From: Macrostomum lignano
Taxonomy: Eukaryota
NCBI GenBank assembly: GCA_002269645.1
Contig: NIVC01001389.1
Coordinates: 186,001 to 250,000, forward strand
Direction: 5' to 3'
DNA length: 64,000 bases
Below are positions 1-10,740 of this stretch, piece after piece; the first letter of the stretch is position 1; every line of letters begins with the position of its first letter. The notes below the pieces were generated by a model, which worked only from the letters and a program-made list of their open reading frames with translations, was not told the DNA's origin and ran no database searches. The translations under genes were made by a program, and so were the position numbers.

Positions 1-474
1 CGGCTGCAGGTTTCGCAGCTGCCGCCTTCGATGCCATTCTGGGCCGAGGTGTCGCCAGCTCAGCGCTCAGCGTGAGGGGCTCAGCTTCCAGAGCTTATCA
101 GCCAGCCGCCTTGGACTCTGGGCCAATCAGAGAGCGGCTGATGAGTAAATATTGATGAAGAATGCCGGGTGCCAGTCTCCCTCATTGCGGGGGCAGCCTG
201 CCGGCTCAAGTCCCACGCAGCCTCTTATCGGGAATCGTGCTGCAGAGAATTGCTCTCAAATTATTAAGCTGACTCTGCACTTCTCATTCTGCAGTGGATG
301 AAGAAGGCGCTGGGACAAGAAGCTTCTTGCGCCTTGAGAATTTTACTATCGATTTGTTAGCCCTCTGGGGCTGGATTGGCCATCGAAAAATGGCTCTTCA
401 GAAATAGGGAATTATCAACTCTGCTCTGCTAAATTTCTTACAAAGCATAAAAACTATAGCAACGCTTTTTATCG

Positions 475-1462
475 CCAATAACCATATCTGCATAGCCATA
501 AACATATCTGCATAGCCAATAACCATATCTGCATAGCCAATAACCATATCTGCATAGCCAATAACCATATCTGCATAGCCATAAACATATCTGCATAGCC
601 AATAACCATATCTGCATAGCCAATAACCATATCTGCATAGCCATAAACATATCTGCATAGCCAATAACCATATCTGCATAGCCATAAACATATCTGCATA
701 GCCAATAACCATATCTGCATAGCCAATAACCATATCTGCATAGCCATAAACATATCTGCATAGCCAATAACCATATCTGCATAGCCAATAACCATATCTG
801 CATAGCCAATAACCATATCTGCATAGCCATAAACATATCTGCATAGCCAATAACCATATCTGCATAGCCAATAACCATATCTGCATAGCCAATAACCATA
901 TCTGCATAGCCATAAACATATCTGCATAGCCAATAACCATATCTGCATAGCCAATAACCATATCTGCATAGCCATAAACATATCTGCATAGCCATAAACA
1001 TATCTGCATAGCCAATAACCATATCTGCATAGCCAATAACCATATCTGCATAGCCAATAACCATATCTGCATAGCCAATAACCATATCTGCATAGCCATA
1101 AACATATCTGCATAGCCAATAACCATATCTGCATAGCCAATAACCATATCTGCATAGCCAATAACCATATCTGCATAGCCATAAACATATCTGCATAGCC
1201 AATAACCATATCTGCATAGCCAATAACCATATCTGCATAGCCAATAACCATATCTGCATAGCCAATAACCATATCTGCATAGCCAATAACCATATCTGCA
1301 TAGCCATAAACATATCTGCATAGCCAATAACCATATCTGCATAGCCAATAACCATATCTGCATAGCCAATAACCATATCTGCATAGCCATAAACATATCT
1401 GCATAGCCATAAACATATCTGCATAGCCAATAACCATATCTGCATAGCCAATAATATCTGCA
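475..1462. repeat. Minisatellite of 21/20-bp units (CATATCTGCATAGCC + AATAAC or ATAAA)
   Basis: Directly visible tandem units of two lengths. The three long minus-strand ORFs are repeat read-throughs. Confidence 0.97.
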
Positions 1463-2018
1463 TGGGTAATGTCGGTAATTTAAATAAAAAAATTCTTAGA
1501 AACAGAAAAGTTGGTGCCATAAAAATGACTTGTCAGTGCCAAAATTTGCACTTTCGGCGCGCATGTCAATGACAATTGACAGTTTGGGTGCTAATCAAAC
1601 AACATCGAACTCTCAGCTGATCCTGCTATGCAAATCAGTCCATTACCAAGTTCAAGTACTAGCTCTCCAGCTGTCTGCAGATTGAGGTTTCCCAAATCCT
1701 CCCCAGCCACGGCCCGTCTCCAATGGCAACGCAGCCAGGCCCACTCCAAGCCTACCGCGCAGACCCGAGACAATGCGTGCTGGAATTGCTGTCGGCGCTT
1801 TTGCTGCAGCCTCTCCCGGCGCTTCTAGAAGAAGCTAGAAAATGAACTCCGTCACGCACTTGAGACGCGGGCAGAGAAGAACTTAACTTTGCAGTTTTGA
1901 GTCGGGCAACTGGGAGTCTTGGCTAGCGGAGCTTCTGAGTGAGCGCTGCCTGCATTTTGATTGGGAGTCAGTGGAGCTGGAGTGTTTGGGCATAAACTGC
2001 CCAAGATTTTGTAGGTGC

Positions 2019-2365
2019 AGGACAGGAACAGGACAGGAACAGGACAGGAACAGGACAGGAACAGGACAGGAACAGGACAGGAACAGGACAGGAACAGGAC
2101 AGGAACAGGACAGGAACAGGACAGGAACAGGACAGGAACAGGACAGGAAAAGGACAGGAACAGGACAGGAACAGGAAAAGGACAGGAAAAGGACAGGAAC
2201 AGGACAGGAACAGGACAGGAACAGGACAGGAACAGGACAGGAACAGGACAGGAACAGGACAGGAACAGGACAGGAACAGGACAGGAACAGGACAGGAACA
2301 GGACAGGAACAGGACAGGAACAGGACAGGAACAGGACAGGAACAGGACAGGAACAGGACAGGACA
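2019..2365. repeat. 11-bp minisatellite (GACAGGAACAG)n
   Basis: Direct tandem repeat, purine-rich. Confidence 0.97.
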
Positions 2366-2772
2366 GGGTGGGAACAGGACTAAAAGAAGAAAATACAGGA
2401 GCAGAAAGCCAAGAGCAGCAAGCAGGGTTCGGGTTGGCAGGCTGACCCGAGTGCCCTAAGCTGGCAGCCGGGGCTCTAAACCGCAGCTGCGACTCTCGCC
2501 GCCCGATTAAGCAATCGCTCAGTTAACTGGAAAACTGAGCAGCAACTAAAACAAAAACTCCGGGCGCTATGAAGCAGATCTCACCTGTGTTTTTATGGCC
2601 CCCCTTCCCCTCAGTCTGAGGCCGCGCGGGGCGGGCAAAACTGCGCACCCAGCAGCCCCTTTTCACTCCCTGCAATAATTCGCTGCTTCTGTTGCCCGGC
2701 GGCAAAAATATTTATTGAAAGCAAAAGTTGGGAGAAGGCAGTTTCTTAACGTTGCTGAGAAAATCCGCAGCC

Positions 2773-4578
2773 ATGGCCAAACTGGAGCCGCCGATGCTGG
2801 CCAGGGCCTCCGTGGCTCTGCTGCTGCTGCTCAGCTTCTTCTTCCTCATCGTGGGAGTCGGCACCGCCTACTGGGGCATCCTGACTGTCAGCTACCTCAA
2901 CCTGCCGCTGGTCAGCCAGGAGTTCCACTACCTGGGACTTTGGAGCGGACTGGAGCAACCGGCGCTAAGCCACCTGGCTGGTGAGATTCCTGTTCGGTGG
3001 GGTGAGATTCCTGTTCGGTGGGGTGAGATTCCTGTTCGGTGGGGTGAGATTCCTGTTCGGTAGGGTGAGATTCCTGTTCGGTGGGGTGAGATTCCTGTTC
3101 AGTGGGGTGAGATTCCTGTTCGGATGGGTGAGATTCCTGTTCGGTGGGGTGAGATTCCTGTTCGGTGGGGTGAGATTTCTGTTCGGCGGGGTGAGATTCC
3201 TGTTCGGCGGAGTGAGATTTCTGTTCGGCGGAGTGAGATTTCTGTTCGGCGGGGTGAGATTCCTGTTCGGCGGAGTGAGATTTCTATTCGGCGGAGTGAG
3301 ATTCCTGTTCGGTGGGGTGAGATTTCTGTTCGGCGGGGTGAGATTCCTGCTAGATGGAGTGAGAGTCCTGTTCGTGGGGTGAGATTCCTGTTAGGCGGGG
3401 TGAGATTGCCATTCGGTGGGATGAGATTCCTAGACAGCAATCTGAGATTAGCGCAATGAAATTGCCAGCCAATCGGTCAGTGGAACTACTTTCTATTTCA
3501 GCTCATCAGCGGGCCGCCAGGGCGTTCGCTGTGCTCTCCATCATTGCCAGCCTCCTGTCGCTCTGCCTTTACGCAGCTCTGTGCATCGCGCAGCACCGCC
3601 GCCCAGCCTGGATGTCGACGAATCTGGCGGCGCGCCTGCCGCTGCTCACCCTGGCTGAGATTGTCGTCACGTGTGCGTTGGATTTGTGATGCCCATTTGT
3701 GATTTGCAAGTCTCACCAACCCCTCTCCTCTCACCCACCCCACTCCTCTCGCCCACCCCACTCTTCTCGCCCACCCCACTCTTCTCGCCCACCCCACTCC
3801 CTCTCACCCACTCCAGTCCTCTCACCCACCCCACTCCTCTCACCCACCCCACTCCTCTTACCCACCCCACTCTCACCCACCCACGCATCTCATCCACCCC
3901 ACTCCGCCACCTCCAGCACTGCTGCAGCTGCTGCTTTGGAGCCTGATGGCCGGCCTCTACAACCGCTGGCGCCACGCGGTCGAGGCGGCCGCCGGACCGG
4001 CCGTCCAGACCTTCGGCCTGCTGGGCTTCTCCTTCGCCCTGGCCCTCATGGCCAACATCGGCCAGCTGGCCGCCCTGCCAGCTGTCTGGGCCGTCATCCG
4101 CCTGGGTGGCGAGGTCGGCATGGCCGCCGGGATTTCCGCTGCGCCTCGACAGCCAACGACGGCGACTGGAAACGGAGGAGCGACAGCGGCAGCCTCGACG
4201 GCGGGCAGAGCGACAACGACGCGGATAGACGAACTGGCGGCAGCCGCCGCCGGCACGGGTGGCAATGTCCGGTTCCAGCGATCCCGGCCGCCGGCGCCAC
4301 CTCCGCCGCCTCCACCGACCACCGTGCCGACTCCCATCCGCGTCGTTGACGCCCCCTCCGCGCTGCCGGCCTCGTCCACGATCGACATCGACGCCGAATT
4401 GGAGGCTCGCCCGGCGACATCGCTGGAGGTAGCGGCCGCGGACGAGCACAGCGTGGAGAACGAGCTGATGCTGGAGCGGCTGCACCAGCTGACCAGCAGC
4501 TTCGGGTCCGAGGCCGGAGCCGCTGCCCCCACCGCCGCCCCAGCAGCTACAGATGAAGCGGCTGCAGATGAGGTGTGA
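2773..4578 (+). CDS. Claudin/PMP22-like four-TM protein, 3 exons (2773-2980, 3502-3672, 3917-4578), 346 aa, with a long Pro/Ala/acidic tail ending ADEV
   Basis: GT-AG phase-1 introns give an open frame. TM1 is followed by W...GLW (AYWG...LGLWSG), then AARAFAVLSII (TM2), LPLLTLAEIVVTSLLQLLLWSLM (TM3) and GFSFALALMANIGQLAAL (TM4). Confidence 0.75.
2979..3430. repeat. 21-bp minisatellite (GGTGAGATTCCTGTTCGGTGG)n, about 21 copies, starting at the intron-1 donor
   Basis: The first unit coincides with the G|GTGAG donor at 2981. Confidence 0.95.
3715..3900. repeat. C-rich minisatellite (CCCACTC(CT)CTCAC-type) in intron 2 of the claudin-like gene
   Basis: Direct tandem units. The same family is expanded at 8080-8900. 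Confidence 0.9.
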
Positions 4579-6128
4579 AGTTCGAATCCTACACTAAAAA
4601 TCTACATACTCGACTTTTAAGAGCACAGCTGAATGAATCCAAATGTAAATAGCTGAGCATCCTCACCCTCCCAAGCCTGCAAGCCACTCATGAACTCTAA
4701 TAATAGTGCATGACAGTGGGTGGCGGAAGCTGTGGAGATCAATAAGGAATGGGAGGCAACAGTGGGGCGTTGGTTGTTTTGTACTTTTAGTTTTGTACTT
4801 TTAGTACTTACGATCGCTATTGGATGAAATGTTCAATCCCACTACTGAGCAGAGTAATTGCCGAGCGTTTGAACAGAAAAATACGAAAGAATTTTCAAAG
4901 AAAAAAAACGTGAAGTCCATAATTAAAACTAATATCCAGCCTAAAGAAAGAATATTAACTGTTCGCTGGTGTTTCATAACTCTCTGATATTAATTAAGAT
5001 TGTATTGCGGTTTTTATTGAGCTGCAATTGCAGACCTGTAAATTACATAAAATACATGGCATTGATCATCAGTCAGTCAATTTGGCAATCAAACCGATCG
5101 AGCTGAGAGTTGCCATTCACTGCAGCGACAGCCGCTCAAGGACCACTGTAGTATAACAGGATCCTTGAAACTGAAAGATCGTGCAATTTTTGGAGGTCAA
5201 TTTCATGGAAAAAAATACTGCATTTGATCTGGAGCAGTGAAGACTATCATTATTTTATTTTAGCTTATTGTGTTTTTGGCCTAATTTTTATTTTACTCAA
5301 TATTTATAGTTTTTTGTTTTAACTCATAAGCGGTGAGCAGAACTTTTTGTTTTGCTCTTTCTTGAATCAAGCATATAGTTGTAATAAAACATTTCCATGC
5401 TGGTATTCTTGATAGCCGTTGTGAGTTGCATTTCAACGCAGGTTAGTATAATACCTATCCTAATTCCTAGACCTGTCTAAATAATCGAATGTAGACCACA
5501 GATAATAAAGCAGATGATTTCGTGACTAAGCTGACACGAAAACGACAATACATCACTTTTGTTACCTATATTTAGATCGTTTGACGCATCCATGTTCGTT
5601 CACGCTACACTGTTCACGCACTCTATGGTTCAACTTCAATTGTTGTTTCTTTGGCCCGGCCAAGTTCTGCCAGGGGGGTTGGACCAGAGAAGTGAAGAAA
5701 TGAAAAGAACTTATACTAACATGCTTTTTCTTCTGATGTACTTCTCTTTCTCGGGTTCTCGAAGATGTTCCTAGAAAATAGAACCCGCTGCTCCTGAAGA
5801 AGCTAGATAGCACCGCAGTACTACCTATCGATTTGCCTGAAATGAACCTAAAACGTTGCCGTTACTTGGTAGGGTTGCTGCCACCTTGGTGTGCGGACTC
5901 GACGCGTCGGCAGAGTTGTCTATCCGTCACCTGAAAGAAAATTAACAAAGTCGCTCGGAGCAAAGGCAAATCTGGAAAATGTCTCGACAGTCGATCGTCT
6001 TAGTAAATGCTGCTCGAACCTGAAAACCTGAAATGAGAGCGGAGAGCTCGGAGGCAGTGGCAGCTCCAATCTAGGAAGCTCCCGAACGCGGCTCGCGATC
6101 TGGAGAAAAACGGCTCTCAGATACTCCG

Positions 6129-6491
6129 TATTTATAGCCGAGCGGACCCCCAAAAGTCACGTGAGTTTCATGCGGTGAGCGCGTGAAACTTCCTTATTTG
6201 GGCATTGGAATCATGCGGGCGACGCGTGATCCAAGGCCAACTTCCAAATAAGGCAACCCTGTCACGCAGGAGTGGCGTGACTCAAGGTCAGTGGCCACGC
6301 ACAGAGTGCGTGCACAGTCACGTGCTTAGTCTGTGCTAAAAATAGAATCGTGGGCGGATGAGTCATCCTGTTTACTCCCTCTAGGCAGCCCTTACACTCC
6401 GCGCAGGTGATGAGTCATCCTGCTACGCCTCCTCAGCACGAGTGGGAAGACATTGAGTGTGGCTGCCCGCGCCCGCTCAGGCGATGAGTCA
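6129..6491 (-). promoter_or_regulatory. LTR U3-like promoter: TATA box, four AP-1-type TGA(G/C)TCA sites and two CACGTG E-boxes
   Basis: TGACTCA 6278; TGAGTCA 6359, 6411, 6485; CACGTG 6158, 6319; minus-strand TATAAATA 6136-6129. Motifs only, activity not shown. Confidence 0.55.
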
Positions 6492-6678
6492 TTGGGCAGT
6501 AAACACATAGGCCCAGCACAGAGTATCTCTCACACTAGATCAGGTGGACTGAGCTACTGTGCAGCGGATCACAGCGCCCTTAGGGAAAGCTAGTGAATGC
6601 TGCTGAATAGCCAGTTAGCAGCCAGTCACTACACTTCTAGCTAGTTAAGATACGAGTAGGCCCAGCCCACAGATACTA

Positions 6679-7270
6679 CACTGTCCGTCAAAAGTTCCGG
6701 AACCCTTGCTACGATGTCTTCTAGCGGACATAATTTCAGTCCGTTTCAATTGTAACTTGATTCAAATGAAAGCTGCGGATCTCAGCTCCATGATGTGGTC
6801 AAGAAAAAGTTTATTCGAAGGAGCGCGTGTGAACAGGCCAGTGTTATGTACATAAAGGTTAGAGAAAAAAAGTGAGGAAAAGACAAACAAGCAATTGACT
6901 CTCCCATGAAAGCTGACTGCACAAGAATCCATAAGAGCCTGTTGATTTCAACACAAGTTTTGGCCATAGACTAATGTTAGCCAGGCTGAACACTGCGCGC
7001 AAACCGATTCCTTCCCATGTGTGTTTGCTCCATAGACTCAGCAACCATATACAATTGCTTGTTTGTCTTTTCCTCACTTTTTTTCTCTAACCTTTATGTA
7101 CATAACACTGGCCTGTTCACACGCGCTCCTTCGAATAAACTTTTTCTTGACCACATCATGGAGCTGAGATCCGCAGCTTTCATTTTAATCAAGTTACAAT
7201 TGAAACGGACTGAAATTATGTCCACTAGAAGACATCGTAGCAAGGGTTCCGGAACTTTTGACGGACAGTA
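6679..7270. mobile_element. MITE, 592 bp, with about 219-bp near-perfect TIRs and TA flanks (Tc1/mariner-type)
   Basis: 6679-6897 is the reverse complement of 7052-7270 with only a few mismatches. TA at 6677-6678 and 7271-7272. No ORF. Confidence 0.9.
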
Positions 7271-8079
7271 TATAAGCACTGTGTTTGTAGTTTCTGTGGT
7301 TACAACTTTGGGCTTATGAACTTTTCACTACAAAACTCTATAAAATACAACAGAGTACATCTGCTCATGTTGTGCAATGCGCATGCTGCATTAAAATAAT
7401 GGTAATCTTCACTGCCCCCGATCAAATTCAATCGTTGATTTTGTGATAAAAAGGATCTTTTCCAGGAAATTCCTAAGCTACAAGATCTTTAAGCTTCGCG
7501 AACTATTATAGCTCGTACTACAGTGATTCTTATCCAAAATACAGCGGTTCGGTCATCAAGTCGACTGACAGAAGCAATGCCTGCAGTGTGTAAAATTGTG
7601 ACTTGCATGCAGGTGGTTAAGGCACTTAAAATATTTGGACAGGTTTTTAAGCAGCAAATATCGAAACTGAGAAGCAATATCAGTAAGAAAACTCATCGCG
7701 ACAACAGTTATTGCAAGGATGAGAGACAGCAGAAGAATCAGTTTCAGCCATTCATCTCTACAAAGAGACCGAAGCGTCAAGTTTCAAGCGTTCGGCCGCA
7801 ATCCGCAGCTCTCCCTGAGTCAATCCTTACCCACGATGGCCTGCAGCAGCTTCTTGTAGTCCCCGGACATGCCCTTGATCCAGCGCCACAGAGTCTGCCC
7901 AGTAAGCTCCAAGAAGCACTTCTTGATCTGCACCATGTCGATCTAGCGGAGGTAAAGCCTCCTAAAGACATCCGGGTTATGACATCCAAATGTTAGCATA
8001 ATCTGCTTAATTTTGATACACTTGGTTTAGGTTTCTGTGCAACCTGTGAGCAAGAGTACCACCTTGATAACTTGATAAC

Positions 8080-8966
8080 TTCTCACCCACTCCACTACTC
8101 TCACCCACCCCACTCTCACCCACCCCACTCCACTCACCCACCCCACTCTCACCCACCCCACTCTCACTCACCCCACTCTCACCCACCCCACTCCTCTCAC
8201 CCACCCCACTCTCACCCACCCCACTCTCACCCACCCCACTCTCACCCACCCCACTCTCACCCACCCCACTCTCACCCACCCCACTCTCACCCACCCCACT
8301 CTCACCCACCCCACTCTCACCCACCCCACTCTCACCCACCCCACTCTCACCCACCCCACTCTCACCCACCCCACTACTCTTACCCACCCCACTCTCACCC
8401 ACTCCACTACTCTCACCCACCACACTCTCACCCACCCCACTCTCACCCACCCCACTCTCACCCACCCCACTCTCACCCACCCCACTCTCACCCACCCCAC
8501 TACTCTCACCCACCCCACTCTCACCCACTCCACTACTCTCACCCACCACACTCTCACCCACTCCACTACTCTCACCCACCCCACTCTCACCCACCCCACT
8601 CTAACCCACCCCACTCTCACCCACCCACTACTCTCACCCACCCACTCTCACTCACTCCACTACTCTCACAAACCCCACTCTCACCCACTCCACTACTCTC
8701 ACCCACCCCACTCTCACCTACTCCACTACTCTCACCCACCCCACTCTCACCCACCCCACTCTCACCCACCCCACTCTCACCCACCCCACTCTCACCCACC
8801 CCACTCTCACCCACCCCACTACTCTCACCCACCCCACTCTCACCCACTCCACTACTCTCACCCACCCCACTCTCACCCACCCCACTCCTCTCATCCACCC
8901 CACTCCGCCAACTCCAGCACTGCTTCTGCTGCTGCTGTGGAGCCTGATGGCCGGCCTCTACAACCG
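8080..8966 (+). pseudogene. Duplicated fragment of the claudin-like gene (expanded intron-2 minisatellite plus the first about 50 nt of exon 3) inside the last annexin intron
   Basis: 8880-8966 closely matches 3885-3966 (CTCCAG|CACTGC...GGAGCCTGATGGCCGGCCTCTACAACCG). Similarity stops abruptly at 8966. Confidence 0.8.
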
Positions 8967-9054
8967 TATCGTGCACTGAAGGAGGCATTTTTAGATTCGA
9001 TTAACAACGAAACGCAAACAAAGAGAGACAATTTGGTTTTTCCCCAACTTCGGA

Positions 9055-9504
9055 ACAAGGACAACTTAAGTACTTTGTACTAATACACTTTGGGGAGACT
9101 AATACACTTTGGGGAGATTAATGCACTTTGGGGAGACTAATACACTTTGGGGAGACTAATACACTTTGGGGAGACTGATACACTTTGGGGAGACTGATAC
9201 ACTTTGGGGAGACTAATACACTTTGGGGAGACTAATACACTTTGGGGAGACTAATACACTTTTGGGAGACAAATACACTTTGGGGAGACTGATACACTTT
9301 GGGGAGACTGATACACTTTGGGGAGACTGATACACTTTGGGGAGACTAATACACTTTGGGGACACTAATACACTTGGGGGAGATTAATACACTTTGGGGA
9401 GACTAATACACTTTGGGGAGACTAATACACTTTGGGGAGACTAATACACTTTGGGGAGATTAATACACTTTGGGGAGACTAATACACTATATAGTTGTCC
9501 TTGT
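9055..9504. mobile_element. 450-bp non-autonomous TIR element filled with a 19-bp minisatellite (ACTAATACACTTTGGGGAG)n
   Basis: 12-bp TIRs ACAAGGACAACT (9055-9066) and AGTTGTCCTTGT (9493-9504). Flanks TTCGGA / CTCGGA (6-bp TSD, 1 mismatch). Confidence 0.75.
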
Positions 9505-10189
9505 CTCGGAACGGCTGACTACGACGCGGATTTTGGTCTTATCGTCCTTGCCGAGGCCCTTCTTGCTGTCGCGTAGCCGCTTGGCAAAGTACATTGGCCT
9601 GCAGCGGATTTTCATGAGGATGCTGCGCAGGGCTGGCTTGTAGTCGCCGCTGGTCTCTCGGTCGATGGAGTTCAGAATGTCGCGCGCGCTGGGAAATCTG
9701 AATGGTGAAGAGTGAGGCGGGGACTCAATGGAAATAAGAATGGAGGGATTTCAGAAGATTAACTAATTGTGCTCCTAGATGGATAGCCGCGGTACTTGAG
9801 TCCTAACTTGTAATTTCGGCTCAGGTTGAACGTGTCATCGTCGGTGCCCCAGCGGTCCTCACCCGCTTTAAATAGTCGATTGGCGACGTTCAGAATTGTC
9901 AGGTGGAATTTTCGGTCAGTTTTGGAGATTACGACAAGTGTCTTAAGCTGGTCTTACTTTTGGCCCGTCCACCAACTTCTTGTAATTGACTTCAAAGATG
10001 CCGGTCGGCTTGTCGTTGGCGATTAGCTCCTCCACTGACTGCTCCAGCTTCTCACGGTTGATTTCGTAGCAGCCGCCCTGTTGGCGGGTCAGTGGGGGCA
10101 CTAGCTCCGGTAAAGTCGAGATTTCTAGTTTCATTTCAAGACTCCAGCAGGCTCCATCAACTTACGACAGACTCCACCGACTATAGGTG

Positions 10190-10740
10190 ACTCTACTAAC
10201 TCAAGACAGTCTTTATCAACAAGAAAAAGGCTCCATTCACTCACGACAGGCTCCATTCACTCACGACAGGCTCCATTCACTCAAGACAGGCTCCATTCAC
10301 TCAAGACAGGCTCTATTCACTCAAGAAAGGCTCCATTCACTCAATACAGGCTTCATTCACCCAAAAAAGGCTTCATTCACTCAAGACAGGTTCCATCCAC
10401 TAAATACAGGCTTCATTCACCCAAGACAGGCTCCATTCACTCAAGACAGGCTTCATTCACCCAAGAAAGGCTTCATTCACTCAAGACAGGTTCCATCCAC
10501 TCAAGACAGGCTCCATTCACTCAAGACAGGCTTCATTCACTCACGACAGGCTCCATTCACTCAAGACAGGCTTCATTCACTCAAGACAGGCTTCATTCAC
10601 TCACGACAGGCTCCATTCACTCAAGACAGGCTCCATTCACTCAAGACAGGCTCCATTCACTCAAGACAGGCTCCATTAACTCAAGACAGGCTTCATTCAC
10701 TCAAGACAGGCTCTATTCACTCAAGACAGGCTTCATTCTT
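10190..10740. repeat. 20-bp minisatellite (TCACTCAAGACAGGCTCCAT)n; resumes at 13830-13885 beyond the LINE
   Basis: The same unit flanks both ends of the LINE. Confidence 0.93.

Larger units (their letters stand above)
5560..7304 (-). mobile_element. Solo LTR (about 1.15 kb after removing the nested MITE)
   Basis: Termini TGTTACC...GGTTACA (TG...CA) flanked by a perfect 5-bp TSD ACTTT (5555-5559 and 7305-7309). TATAAATA on the minus strand at 6136-6129. No internal gag/pol. Confidence 0.8.

Noticed and set aside
1-400. GC-rich open frame at the window start
   Set aside because: Possibly the end of an upstream gene, but there is no recognisable motif or boundary.
398-1520. Long ORFs over tandem repeats (also 1971-2459, 8007-8947, 10187-10756, 16302-17259, 35643-36047, 55865-56429)
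   Set aside because: Open in several frames only because the repeat units lack stops; no domain content, and most lie in introns or intergenic DNA.
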